Shown here: piece after piece, positions 26,301 to 35,592 of the stretch
Layout of the letters: the number at the start of each line of letters is the position of its first letter
Numbering within the stretch: position 1 is the first letter of the stretch
Notes under the pieces: generated by a model
Told to the model about the DNA's origin: nothing
What the model saw: the letters and a program-made list of their open reading frames with translations, nothing else
The model's database searches: none
IMG/VR virus record: IMGVR_UViG_3300010381_000015
Coordinates: 1 to 39,546 of that record
Strand: one strand, 5' to 3'
From: a virus
Taxonomy: Duplodnaviria > Caudoviricetes
Length of the DNA: 39,546 nt
Translations under genes and position numbers: made by a program

Positions 26301-29300
26301 ACATTTTTTCCGATGGCATCGACATGTCCGCCCTGGGTGCGGCGGCCACCACCTATAACACCGTGGGCGCGGAGGCCATGGCCTCCACCTACAGCGTAGC
26401 CGAAACCGCCGGCATGGCCGCCACGTCGATCTCCTCCATCCTCACCACGGCCCTCCCTATTGTCGGGGCCATCGGCGGCGCGATCGGTCTGTTTTCCGGC
26501 TTGTTCGGCGAGAAAAAGGAAGAGGTCCGCAAAACCGCTTCCGGCTACAATGTCGGCTATTCCGGCGGCTCGACCACGGTCAGCGGCGTGGACTTTTATT
26601 CCGACGGCAGCGTGGTGGGCACGGGCGTGGCCGACCCGGACGTCACGCGCGAGATCTCGGAATCGTTCAGGGACGCGGCCGAGGTCATCGACGACGCGGC
26701 CGAAAACCTGGGTTTCGCCGTCGACAACCTGATCGAGAATTTCACCATGCCCTCGATGAACATCACCGAGGACCAGCTCGGGCCGTACATCGAGAACGGC
26801 ACGAATCTTTTGGCTTTCCAAGCGCTTGAGGCTGCAGGTTTGCGCGGCGCGTTCGATGCGCTGGCCGACGACGGGCAAACATACATCGACCAGATCCAGG
26901 AGTTTTCCGCCGCCTTTTCGACCGTGGCCGGCAGTCTGTCCGCCTACGGGTACGAGATGACCGACGTGGCCCAGATCACCGGGGATCAGGTGGACGCGCT
27001 GCGCCAGCAGACCATCGAAACGGCGGCCGGCACATCCCAGGCCATCCTGACCATGGCATCGTCCATGGGCGCGACATCGGACCAGCTGGCGATCTTGGCC
27101 GAGAACGCATCCGACGGATCGCAGGCCCTGGCCGTGACCGACGAGCAGCTGCAGAACCTGCTGGCCGCGAAATACTCCGAGGACCTGCTTACCGCCGTGG
27201 GCGGCGAGGACGCGTTCGCGTCCATCATGACCAACCTGACCAGCAACGTCTTCAGCACGGTCGACGCCTACGTCGAAAACCTCGGGTATTACACCGATAA
27301 GGCCACCGATTCTATCGGCAAGCTGGGCGACGCTTCGGTCACCATCGACAATTTCTGGGCGAAGTTTGACGCGGCCATCAAGAACGGCTTGAGCGTGGAC
27401 GAGTTCGAGGCCTGGGGCAAGGCTTCCGAGTGGGTGGCCAACCTCAACAGCATCAACGACGCCATTGCCGCCTGGAATGATAGCATGACGCAGTTCGCCC
27501 AGTCCCTGGACGTGCGACTGCTCAAGGCCCAGGGACTGGACTACGAGGCCGAAATCACCCAGTTGGCCACGGACGCGGAATGGGAGCTGGCCGACGCCCG
27601 GGCCGCCGGCTACGACGCGGCCCTCATCGCCCGGCTCCAGGAAGTGCAGGCCGCCGAGATGGCGGCCAAGGTGGCCGAGCATCTGCGGGACTACGCCGAC
27701 AACCTGCGCGACGCCAACAAGCGCTATGCCGAGGCTGTGGACGACTCCAGCGCGTTGGTGGCCATCGCCATCGAGGAGAACGCCCTGGAGCTGCAGGACC
27801 TGGCTAAGGAGTTCAACTGGAGCGTCGGGTCGAGCGAGGAGGGTCTGTTCCAAGCCCTGCAGAGGGCACAGTGGGCCGAGATCATCAACATGATCCAGGA
27901 GACGGCCGACGCCCTGGCCGAAGCCACAGTGGCCATGGAATGGGATCTCAAACAACGCCGGGCCACCATCGATGGCTATGACGAGGAGGCCGAGGCGCTG
28001 GGCATGGTCAAGGGGTTTCTGGACGAGCTAGGACAGGCCTACGAGGACGGCCTGGACGCGGATCTGGTCGCCGATCTCATGCAGACACAGCTCGAAGAGC
28101 TGGCCAAATACTGGTCCGACGTCATCGACGAGATGCAGGACGATCTGCAGGACCTCTATACCAGCCAGTCCGAGCTGCTCGATTCCCTGGCCGGAAATAC
28201 GCAGACGGCCATCGAGCAGCTCTACGCCCTGTTCACGCGATACCAGGCCGGAGAAACCGACCTGGCCGACGACATCATCGATTCCCTGGGGGCCATCGCC
28301 GACGCCATCGATTCCATGGTCGATGATATTTACGACACGATCCACGAGATCCGCACCGGCAGCGAATACACCACGGACGACGCCGAAACCGTGGCCGCCA
28401 ACGCCAAGGCCTATTTCGACGAGCAGGCCGCCCTGGCCGCCTCGGGCGACACCACGGCCATGGCCAACATCACCAGCTATGGCACGGATTACCTGGACGC
28501 CCTGCGCAGCTCAACGGCTGACGAGTCCGTGTACAGCGCCGGCGTGGATTATGTGACATCCACTCTCTCCTCCCTGGCCAGCGGCGCGTCGTCCACGTCC
28601 GGATCGCTGACCGACATCGCCACCACCGTCACGGACGATCAGATCGCCGAGGCCGAGGCGGCGCTCAAGCGGGCCGAGGTGGCCCAGCTCGAAACCACCT
28701 ATGAGACGCTCTACAACCAGGCCCTGGAAGCGTTCAAGGCCAGCACAGCCGGGACATACATATCCGCTTTTGCGACTACTGGGGCTGGATGGCAGGGTTT
28801 TGCGGACCTTTTTGTTGATTATGACGCCAACGGAACAACGCGGCTGGAAGAGATCCAAAACGGCTCCATCAACTGGACGGACTACATCGGTTGGTTCCTC
28901 AACAATTTTGGCACGGGCAGCGGTGCCGTGGATTGGGATAGCGCGATCGCCCTGTGGACAAATTATGCCGCCCTGCCGTCGACGGTGCAGAGCCTTTGGA
29001 ACCAGTCCCAAACGGCCTATGGCGATTGGCAGTCGCTCAAAAACTCGTATGGATTCTCCACCGGCGGCATGATCGAGGGTGGCATCCCGGGCCAGGATTC
29101 GGTGTTCGTGCTCGGCAAGCCCGGCGAGGCGGTGCTGACGGAATACGAGACCGACTTGCTACTCTATCTGGCCAGACAGCTTGGCGGCGTTTCTCCCGGA
29201 GCTCGCGACCGGGACGATCTGGCCAGCGAGGTCGCGGAACTACGGCGGGAGGTCGTCTCGTTGCACCGTGATTTCGTCGCGACCCAGGATAAGCTCGCGG

Positions 29301-29377
29301 ACAAAACGACGGAAATCGCCTCCATGTTGATCCGATGCGGCGGCAAGGACGGCACCCTCATGGTGAGCGCGCAATGA
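23306..29377 (+). CDS. Tail tape measure protein (TP901-type core), about 2020 aa
   Basis: Ala-rich helical sequence; core 'YYQTISAG...EKLGQTSFSEL'; C-terminal 'FSTGGMIEGG...PGEAVL'; probable GTG start 23306. Confidence 0.93.
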   Translation: MRIRAGTLAVDITADGRSLESTLKRSDSLTEAFATNIDRRMKRASGSLKSLGQAAGMTDKEIASLEDRMRRGMAADAASRSLEQLRRTAGLTTQEYRRLADQMGVSTRETDRATSSFGSLAKKVAVVTAAYVSFRAVSGAVSSSFADFREYESALTDMAKVTDQSLADIDAAIKAMPRDLGDPTSLVKGYYQTISAGVTDATAAMDMLTTAAKASRSAHVAQDDTIKALTKTMAGFDGEIRTAAEASDLLFSIEKLGQTSFSELVPVIGDVAESTHLVGVSSQEMAAGLSLITQTSGSTAEAATKWRAIMIGLYKPTESMGKVLKALGYESGVAMVKEKGFAGALQTLQATADKSHFSLGKLFESSEALTGIAGLGAQDWQRYSDILRQVEGSAGATEAAFGRFKQTSQSAVDTFEATWKETAIEFGEQLAPAMTQAMKDFQDEITRPEGRAALQSLASGAVSLGENLMHNAVPAMTATVDALNEIIGVWNKIPAPLQGAIVGGGTAALLSKGNAWATGVGALYGMATFGDAANDRSVAEGLARAQASSKLYASHGSSGSSTTSALDASIPADFVPKAKKAAAAVDGIKVSLDGAKKSSDSAANAAARYGERSDAYFDQVQATIASLTDSLSGGMESETLKVDKTFERVFADIRKSLIGAKGDTEGFSKAWVAAEQAWPILRMAAQLKDFEKELDKSAKYARDMGTYLSDPDQLMAADWLEGYKQYLEDLREARAETDQEDAAAVAKAQTRWDAYQEHVLQSQRERLGEGGKLSDAYWQDEAAALQKHLDAVKEVASDETAAKIYEAERWDEFLKEQLEEEAKYAGSFGETMAAKWSLAFGGYESETTRAKKRWDTMADGIIQGTNDVVDGISGGMGDIVRSAGEGADAIANIGENLKSRLLDIVASLIEQATKMLLNDFIGMLSSGVSDGSGSFLSSLLGKSSSSSGGSDVLGQGTSALKTLGDYLGQSAGKAVGDTLTTAASSGSTLFLGGSNAMADIFSDGIDMSALGAAATTYNTVGAEAMASTYSVAETAGMAATSISSILTTALPIVGAIGGAIGLFSGLFGEKKEEVRKTASGYNVGYSGGSTTVSGVDFYSDGSVVGTGVADPDVTREISESFRDAAEVIDDAAENLGFAVDNLIENFTMPSMNITEDQLGPYIENGTNLLAFQALEAAGLRGAFDALADDGQTYIDQIQEFSAAFSTVAGSLSAYGYEMTDVAQITGDQVDALRQQTIETAAGTSQAILTMASSMGATSDQLAILAENASDGSQALAVTDEQLQNLLAAKYSEDLLTAVGGEDAFASIMTNLTSNVFSTVDAYVENLGYYTDKATDSIGKLGDASVTIDNFWAKFDAAIKNGLSVDEFEAWGKASEWVANLNSINDAIAAWNDSMTQFAQSLDVRLLKAQGLDYEAEITQLATDAEWELADARAAGYDAALIARLQEVQAAEMAAKVAEHLRDYADNLRDANKRYAEAVDDSSALVAIAIEENALELQDLAKEFNWSVGSSEEGLFQALQRAQWAEIINMIQETADALAEATVAMEWDLKQRRATIDGYDEEAEALGMVKGFLDELGQAYEDGLDADLVADLMQTQLEELAKYWSDVIDEMQDDLQDLYTSQSELLDSLAGNTQTAIEQLYALFTRYQAGETDLADDIIDSLGAIADAIDSMVDDIYDTIHEIRTGSEYTTDDAETVAANAKAYFDEQAALAASGDTTAMANITSYGTDYLDALRSSTADESVYSAGVDYVTSTLSSLASGASSTSGSLTDIATTVTDDQIAEAEAALKRAEVAQLETTYETLYNQALEAFKASTAGTYISAFATTGAGWQGFADLFVDYDANGTTRLEEIQNGSINWTDYIGWFLNNFGTGSGAVDWDSAIALWTNYAALPSTVQSLWNQSQTAYGDWQSLKNSYGFSTGGMIEGGIPGQDSVFVLGKPGEAVLTEYETDLLLYLARQLGGVSPGARDRDDLASEVAELRREVVSLHRDFVATQDKLADKTTEIASMLIRCGGKDGTLMVSAQ

Positions 29378-30267
29378 AAATTGTGATCCCCAGGGACATC
29401 ACCCTGATCTCCACCAACGTGGCCGAGAACGACGCCCAGGAATGGGACGCCGACACCACCTATGCCGCCGGCACGACGGTCATGGTGACGGCTGATCATC
29501 GGGTTTATCTGTCGTTGCGCGAGACGACGGGCGAAAACCCGGCGGATCACCAGGTTGGATCGGATCCGGCCTGGAGCGATAAGGGCGCGACCAACGCCTA
29601 CAAGATGCTCGACGAGTACATCAACACGACGACCTCGGCCGAGGAACTGCTCGACGTGACCATTTCCGTGGCCCGGTGCGACGCCGTGGGCCTGTTCGGC
29701 TGCCGTGGTAAGACGTTGACCATCGACGTCATCTCCGGCGGTACGATCATCTACACCAGGACCTGGACCCTGCTCAAAAAGGTCTACACCTACACCGAAT
29801 ACTTTTTTTCCGACCCGGTTTTCGTGCGGGACGTGTTTACGGCTATCCCGATCCGCGGCGCATCCACCATGCGGATCCGCATCGACGCGGGCGCCGGCGG
29901 CACGGCCAAATGCGGCATCGTGGTGACAGGCATGTCGGCCTATCTGGGCGAAACACAGTGGGATGTCACCCCGAGCCGCGTCTCCTACTCGAAAATAATC
30001 ACCGACGATTACGGCAATACGTCCCTGAGCAAGGGCCGGCTGGCAAAGTACCTGAAATTCAAGGCGCGCATCAATACCAAGGAGATCGATTACATCCAGA
30101 AGCGCCTGGACGATATCGACGGCATCGCCTGCATCTTCGTGGCCTACAGCGAGACCGGGTACCAGCCGGAGGCATTGCTGGTTTACGGCTACGCAAAAGA
30201 GGTGGAGCCAAACCTGCCCAACAGTGAACTGTCCACCGTGCAATTCGAGGTCGAGGGCCTCGTTTAG
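29374..30267 (+). CDS. Distal tail/tip protein with a carbohydrate-binding-like N-terminal motif
   Basis: ATGA overlap with the tape measure; 'WDADTTYAAGTTV', 'YSKIITDDYGN'. Confidence 0.6.
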   Translation: MKIVIPRDITLISTNVAENDAQEWDADTTYAAGTTVMVTADHRVYLSLRETTGENPADHQVGSDPAWSDKGATNAYKMLDEYINTTTSAEELLDVTISVARCDAVGLFGCRGKTLTIDVISGGTIIYTRTWTLLKKVYTYTEYFFSDPVFVRDVFTAIPIRGASTMRIRIDAGAGGTAKCGIVVTGMSAYLGETQWDVTPSRVSYSKIITDDYGNTSLSKGRLAKYLKFKARINTKEIDYIQKRLDDIDGIACIFVAYSETGYQPEALLVYGYAKEVEPNLPNSELSTVQFEVEGLV

Positions 30268-30275
30268 GGGGAGCC

Positions 30276-31430
30276 ATGTCCATACCGTCCCTGACGCCGC
30301 TGTCCACCCCGCCTGGGCGGACGGCCGACGATTTCGATGATGCCATGCCGAAGACGCTAACCGAAGTCGACAACATGGTCGACCAGCTCAACGAGATCGT
30401 CGACGCGATCAATACCATCCTTCCGGCGCTCGATGAAGTCCCGACGCAATCCGCGACGGCGTCCGCAGCGGCGACCATGTCCACTGACGCCGCAGCCACG
30501 TCCACAACCAAGGCGGATGAAGCCGCCGCGTCGGCGGTTCTGGCCGGCGAGGCCCAGGCCGGCTCGGAGGCGGCCAGGAATGTGACGCTGGCCGCGCGGG
30601 ATGAGGCCGTGGATGCCGCACTGCAGGCCCTGGCGGGCGGCATCCCCATCGGCATCGGCACGGCGGCCGGCGACCTCATCTACTACCCAGCGGCCGGAGC
30701 CCCGCAACGGCTGGGGATAGGCACACAAGGGCAAGCCCTCCTGGTCGGTCAGGACGGCTTACCCTTGTGGGGCGACGTCATCAGCGGTGCTCAAAAGTGG
30801 TCTGGCATTGCAGTTGAGGACTATACCGCCACGCCGGCCAGCAGCAGCACTGTGACTATGTTGGCGGACAGGACGGCAATTATACGTCCTGGGATGGCTC
30901 TACGCTATAGCATTGGCGGCACGGTATATTATGGCATTTGCACAGCGATCACGGCCGGCCTTATGACCGTGGCGGGAGCGCCACTATCCGGCGACGTAAC
31001 ATCCATTGATTACTCGATATTCCCCGGAATGGTCGAGATCATCCAGTTGATGATTCCGGGTTATTGGGCGGACACTGCCGACACATCGCTCATCCTCAAT
31101 GATCTGGTACAGCCGTTTATCTGGGGCGGCCCACCGGCCGCATTGGTGACCATCCAGTCTCGCACCCGATCGACTGACACAGGCGGATCAACGTACCCTC
31201 GTATCAACGCGCGTATCGGCGCAACGACCACCGACCGCATTTGCACCAGCAATTCCACAGCCGGATTGGAGATAGCCGCGTCAACGACATGGTACACGTC
31301 TGTCGTTGATATTGATCCGACACAATATATGGTCAATACGGGCGACACCATCGAACTCACCACAGACGCCAACGGCGGGAACGATAACGCGTCAGATATG
31401 GTAGTTGTTCTAAAGTTTGTTTACTCCTAG
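30276..31430 (+). CDS. Tail fibre protein
   Basis: Ala-rich coiled segment, 'GDLIYY...RLGIGTQGQAL' fibre motif, Thr-rich beta C-terminus. Confidence 0.7.
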   Translation: MSIPSLTPLSTPPGRTADDFDDAMPKTLTEVDNMVDQLNEIVDAINTILPALDEVPTQSATASAAATMSTDAAATSTTKADEAAASAVLAGEAQAGSEAARNVTLAARDEAVDAALQALAGGIPIGIGTAAGDLIYYPAAGAPQRLGIGTQGQALLVGQDGLPLWGDVISGAQKWSGIAVEDYTATPASSSTVTMLADRTAIIRPGMALRYSIGGTVYYGICTAITAGLMTVAGAPLSGDVTSIDYSIFPGMVEIIQLMIPGYWADTADTSLILNDLVQPFIWGGPPAALVTIQSRTRSTDTGGSTYPRINARIGATTTDRICTSNSTAGLEIAASTTWYTSVVDIDPTQYMVNTGDTIELTTDANGGNDNASDMVVVLKFVYS

Positions 31431-31442
31431 GGTGTACTAACT

Positions 31443-32114
31443 ATGCACCATATTATCCCGACTGCTGGCAGGCTTAATAATAGCCACACAAAGTTACTTC
31501 TACGCGGCGACTCTTTTACGGATGCCAGTCCGGTAGGAAGGCATATCTCCAATGTGGGGTCTGTGTCCATAGTTCCAGCTTTTGGTATTAAGGGACTGAG
31601 CTTCGCTGGGTCTACATCACAGTTTTTGACAACTCCGGATTCATCTGATTTTGATTTGCTGAATAACGACTTTACGATAGAATCGTGGATAAATTCAAAC
31701 TCATCATCATTCCAAACCCTTACATCACAGTATGACTCTGTGGATGCCTACCAGCATTCAAGGGCTCACGCACTATTTTTTAATCTTACTACAGCGTTAT
31801 TTTATTCTTATAATACATCAAACACTAGAGTAATATTTACTTTTACGTTTCCAACTGAATGGTCTATTGGGTCAGACAACCATTTATCAATAAACCGTAG
31901 AGGAACCGTCCTAGAGTGCTACTCAAACGGTAAATCTTGTGGCCCTCAAACAATAAATTTCTCAATACAATCTGGAGATAGAGAGTTTTATGTTGGACGA
32001 TACTGTGAGGTTGGTGCGTACTATTATCCACTAAATAGTAAAATATCTAATCTAGTCGTTGCAACTGGCGTCTCTTTACGAACCAAGAATTTTGTTCCGA
32101 TTAAAAAATATTAG
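31443..32114 (+). CDS. LamG/concanavalin A-like tail tip or receptor-binding protein
   Basis: 'TKLLLRGD', 'DFTIESWI', 'HLSINRRG...YSNG', 'FYVG'; AT-rich. Confidence 0.75.
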   Translation: MHHIIPTAGRLNNSHTKLLLRGDSFTDASPVGRHISNVGSVSIVPAFGIKGLSFAGSTSQFLTTPDSSDFDLLNNDFTIESWINSNSSSFQTLTSQYDSVDAYQHSRAHALFFNLTTALFYSYNTSNTRVIFTFTFPTEWSIGSDNHLSINRRGTVLECYSNGKSCGPQTINFSIQSGDREFYVGRYCEVGAYYYPLNSKISNLVVATGVSLRTKNFVPIKKY

Positions 32115-32124
32115 GGAGTGATTT

Positions 32125-32688
32125 ATGTATTTTGCGAAAGATAAAGACGGTACCCTCCATAAGGTTCGCGACGATGGAACGACGCGCCCCATTTCCGAGG
32201 ATGATCCTTGTTACATAGAATGGATGGCGCTGGGTGGAGTGTTGGGTGAGATGCCAGTTGCCTCCAGCCCGACGCTTGCCGAATCCATCGCCGCAAAACT
32301 CGCCACGATCCGCGCCGCTTGCGATGCGGCACTCAATCCGCTGGCGGCATCCTACCCGGAGCGCGAGGTGCAATCCTGGCCGCAGCAGGTGACAGAGGCC
32401 ACGGCATTGGAGAGCGACGCCGCCGCGCCCGCTCCGCTGATCCGTCAGATGGCGGCTATGCGGCCGAGCCTCGGCGACACCCAGGATGCGCGCGTCATAG
32501 AGCTGGCCCGGCGCATCCGCCAAAATGCGGCGGACTGGTCCGCTGTGGCTGGCCCGATTATCGGCAAGCGGCAGGCTCTGGAGGATCAGGTAACGGCCAT
32601 TCAGGTCGCCATGGACGCCGGAACTATGACCGAAGCTGACGCCATCACGGCCGTCGACGCCGTGTCGTCCAGCTATGAAGCGGTTTAG
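32125..32688 (+). CDS. Tail fibre assembly chaperone-like protein
   Basis: 'YIEWMALGG', 'YPEREVQSWPQQVTEA', 'IIGKRQALED'. Confidence 0.7.
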   Translation: MYFAKDKDGTLHKVRDDGTTRPISEDDPCYIEWMALGGVLGEMPVASSPTLAESIAAKLATIRAACDAALNPLAASYPEREVQSWPQQVTEATALESDAAAPAPLIRQMAAMRPSLGDTQDARVIELARRIRQNAADWSAVAGPIIGKRQALEDQVTAIQVAMDAGTMTEADAITAVDAVSSSYEAV

Positions 32689-32737
32689 CCCGAGAACGCC
32701 AAGCGCGTGCAAGCCCCGGTGGCGGGATTTTGAAAAC

Positions 32738-34021
32738 TCAAGTCGCCTTGACCTCCGGCAGCTCCTGCCAGGACGTCGTGTAGCGCGGCGAGCGCAGGGC
32801 CTGCTTCATGCGCCAGTCCTGCTCGATGCCGCAGGCGGCGAACTTGAGCGCGTCCCGGCCGAAACGGTCGTTGATCGCATCGAGCACGCGCATGAGCCGC
32901 TCTCCCCTGCCCCCGGCTTCCGGCTCGGGTTCCAGCAACGAAAGCTGCCGGCTTTTCAGGCGCTCCAGGCCGGACAGCATGACGCCGGCCTTCTTGTAGC
33001 GGTAGCCTTTGCGGAAAATGCGTTCCAACACCCGGATCGCGGCCCGGATGATCGCGGCGGTGTGCGCCGTGGCCACGGGCAAGGCGGCATAGGCGGAATT
33101 CGCATACTGGGGCTCGCCGTCGATAAAGGTATTCGTCTGCACCCAGACCGTCACGCCATTCGCCTGCAGGCGCGCGGCGCGCATGCGTTCCGCCGCCCGG
33201 GTGACGTAGGTGGCCACGGCCTCGCGCATGTCCTCGATGGTCAGGACCGGCCGGCTGAACGACCGTGAGGCGGCCACCGACTTTTTGGCCGGCGCGACGG
33301 TCTCCAGGTCGAGACACGGGATCCCCCGCAGCTCGAGCTGGGTGTGCAGCCCGCCGATGGTCATCCGCTTCTTGACCAGGTCCCGGGGCAGATCCCGAAA
33401 CTGCCGGGCATTGCGCACGCCCAGGCGCTCCAGCATGGTGGCGTAGCGCCGGCCGATGCCCCAGACATCCTCTACCGGCACCCTTTCCAGCACGGCATCC
33501 GGATCCGCGCAGGCCTCGAAATCCAGCACGCCCTCGAGGGCGGCGTCCTTCTTGGCCAGCTTGTTGGCCACCTTGGCCAGGGTCTTGGTCGGCCCGAGCC
33601 CGATGGAGACCGGGATGCCTGTCCAGCGCCCGACCGTCTCCCGGATATGCCGGCTGTAGGCCATGACATCGTACGGCATGCCGGTCAGCTCCAGGAACGC
33701 CTCGTCGATGGAATAGATCTCCAGGTTCGGGGTGAACCGGGCCAGGGTTTTCATGACCCGGGCCGACATGTCGCCGTAGAGCGTGTAGTTCGAGGAGAAC
33801 ACGGCCGCGTTGTGCCGGCGGAACAGCTCCCGGCACTCGAAGGCCGGCTTGCCCATAGGGATGCCGGCGGCCTTGGCCTCGGCCGAGCGGGCGATGACGC
33901 AGCCGTCGTTGTTGGACAGCACGACCACGGGGCGGTTGGCCAGGGACGGCACAAACACCTTTTCGCACGAGGCGTAAAAGGAGTTGCAGTCCACCAGGGC
34001 CAGGATCTGGCGGGGCGGCAT
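32738..34021 (-). CDS. umuC: Y-family DNA polymerase V catalytic subunit
   Basis: 'LVDCNSFYASCE', 'VVLSNNDGC', 'YSIDEAF', 'SPRYTT'. Confidence 0.96.
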   Translation of the reverse strand: MPPRQILALVDCNSFYASCEKVFVPSLANRPVVVLSNNDGCVIARSAEAKAAGIPMGKPAFECRELFRRHNAAVFSSNYTLYGDMSARVMKTLARFTPNLEIYSIDEAFLELTGMPYDVMAYSRHIRETVGRWTGIPVSIGLGPTKTLAKVANKLAKKDAALEGVLDFEACADPDAVLERVPVEDVWGIGRRYATMLERLGVRNARQFRDLPRDLVKKRMTIGGLHTQLELRGIPCLDLETVAPAKKSVAASRSFSRPVLTIEDMREAVATYVTRAAERMRAARLQANGVTVWVQTNTFIDGEPQYANSAYAALPVATAHTAAIIRAAIRVLERIFRKGYRYKKAGVMLSGLERLKSRQLSLLEPEPEAGGRGERLMRVLDAINDRFGRDALKFAACGIEQDWRMKQALRSPRYTTSWQELPEVKAT

Positions 34022-34028
34022 GGCGGTG

Positions 34029-34457
34029 TCAGGTCCGGTGGATGACGAAGGTGACCACGCCCCAGATCTCGAAGGAGGACTCCGGCCGGATCTCGATGGG
34101 CTTGTAGGCGTCGTTTTCCGGGGCCAGGAACAAACGCCCGGCCATGTGCTTCAGGCGCTTGACCGTCAGCTCCCCGTCCACGGCCGCGATGACGATGCGC
34201 CCGGGCCGGGATTCCTCGGCCCGATCCACCACCAGGATGTCTCCGGATTGGATGCCGGCGTCGCGCATGGATTCCCCGCTGGCGCGGACGTAGAACGTGG
34301 CCGCTGGATGGGCGATGCACAGGTCGTTGAGATCCAGGGCCTGGTCCAGATAATCCTCGGCCGGGCTGGGAAAACCGGCGGACACCGGCGTCAGGTAAAA
34401 CGGCAGAGGCTGCGAGGTCCGGGCCTCAAGAGGAATGGGCGGGAGTTGCGGGCGCAT
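34029..34457 (-). CDS. umuD: DNA polymerase V subunit UmuD (S24 autopeptidase)
   Basis: 'VSAGFPSPAEDY', 'GESM', 'GELTVKRL', 'WGVV'. Confidence 0.96.
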   Translation of the reverse strand: MRPQLPPIPLEARTSQPLPFYLTPVSAGFPSPAEDYLDQALDLNDLCIAHPAATFYVRASGESMRDAGIQSGDILVVDRAEESRPGRIVIAAVDGELTVKRLKHMAGRLFLAPENDAYKPIEIRPESSFEIWGVVTFVIHRT

Positions 34458-34495
34458 GGCCCCGTCATAGGGAAAAACGACGGGGGTTGTCCAGA

Positions 34496-34525
34496 ATTAT
34501 AAACGCACGTTGATTTCTATCAACG
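34496..34525 (-). promoter_or_regulatory. Sigma70-like umuDC promoter with an overlapping palindromic operator
   Basis: Minus strand TTGATA(34523-34518)-N16-TATAAT(34501-34496); palindrome CGTTGAT-N4-ATCAACG at 34508-34525. Confidence 0.7.
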
Positions 34526-34615
34526 GATGATAAAAAAAGCCGGGGCGTGTGCGACGTTGTCGTTATCAGGATTTGAGGGGGCATCCCTCGAGGAAGCCAC
34601 GCGGGTTTTTGACAA

Positions 34616-34936
34616 TCACCGCTTGCAGTCAAGTGCCTCTTTGGGCACCCAGACGTGGCTGGTCGAGCCCGGGATCCGGATCGCGCGGATGCCGATGCCG
34701 CCGCCCGGCTCGATATAGACCGGCACGCCCTCCTTCAGAGGTCGCAACTGCCCGGTGGCGATCAGACGATCGAAAGCAGCCTTGTCACCCTGGACGGCGA
34801 AATGCGCGGCCATCTTCACGCCACGCTCGGTCAGCGAAAAATACCAGCCGTCTTTTGTTGTGCAGCTGGGCCCGGCCAGGGCCGTGGAGGCCGACGCCAG
34901 CCAGCCGGCCAGGATCAGGGCGATGATGCGCGGCAT
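34616..34936 (-). CDS. Small secreted protein
   Basis: Signal peptide MPRIIALILAGWLASASTALA; two Cys; directly downstream of the BRCT gene. Confidence 0.75.
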   Translation of the reverse strand: MPRIIALILAGWLASASTALAGPSCTTKDGWYFSLTERGVKMAAHFAVQGDKAAFDRLIATGQLRPLKEGVPVYIEPGGGIGIRAIRIPGSTSHVWVPKEALDCKR

Positions 34937-34940
34937 GGCA

Positions 34941-35582
34941 TTATCCCAAGGCTAGGCAGCTCGCCCAGTGGTCCTCGGAGATGATCCGGACGGGCTCGCC
35001 TTTCTCCCGCCATTGGAGCGCGGTCTCGATCTTACGGCCATAGCTCGCGTGGGCCCAGTCGCGGCTGGCCAGGGTGCCGACCACCACATAGTGCGTATCC
35101 TTGAGCACGGCCGGGCGTACCCAGCCGCCCAGGTCGAGGATGGCCTCGGTGCAGTCCTTGCGCGAGCCAAACGCGAATTTCCCGGTCAGCACGAAGACGT
35201 GGGCGTCAAACTCCAGGGGCGGCTGGGGCTCGTCGAATGGGAGCCCTGTCGCTGCCTGGACGGTGCAGGCGCCGGGGACATGGCCGGAGCATCGCGTGAG
35301 CAGCTCGAGGAGTTCGGCGCGCTCATCGGCGTCGAGATGGCCGTCGCGGAGTGCCTCGTAGGTCCGGGCGAAGAGCACGTTGCCGGGCCAGTCCCGGGCG
35401 ATGGCCTGGTTGGCCTCGAGCCATTGCAGCAGATAGCGGGCTTCTTCCTCGCTGACCTCGCCATCGATGACCATCCCCTTGCATAGGCCGAGCAGTTCGT
35501 CGACACCGCGATCCTTGATGCGTCGGGCGTTAAAAGCGCGGTTGCGGGGTTGGCCGTGGTCGTCAAGCGTGTTGTCCGCCAT
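34941..35582 (-). CDS. TerB-like plus BRCT domain protein
   Basis: 'GMVIDGEVSEEEA'; BRCT 'FVLTGKF...GG...THYVVVG...GRKIE...IISEDHW'; AAGGAGG RBS. Confidence 0.8.
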   Translation of the reverse strand: MADNTLDDHGQPRNRAFNARRIKDRGVDELLGLCKGMVIDGEVSEEEARYLLQWLEANQAIARDWPGNVLFARTYEALRDGHLDADERAELLELLTRCSGHVPGACTVQAATGLPFDEPQPPLEFDAHVFVLTGKFAFGSRKDCTEAILDLGGWVRPAVLKDTHYVVVGTLASRDWAHASYGRKIETALQWREKGEPVRIISEDHWASCLALG

Positions 35583-35592
35583 AATACCCTCC

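Noticed and set aside
24983-27955. 990-aa minus-strand ORF
   Set aside because: Antisense shadow of the GC-biased tape measure gene; no motifs or RBS context
29374-32688. Diversity-generating retroelement or invertible tail cassette
   Set aside because: No reverse transcriptase, invertase or TR/VR repeat pair seen
32685-33968. 427-aa alternative-frame ORF overlapping umuC
   Set aside because: Arg/Gly/Pro-rich off-frame translation with no recognisable motif, unlike the MTase nested frame
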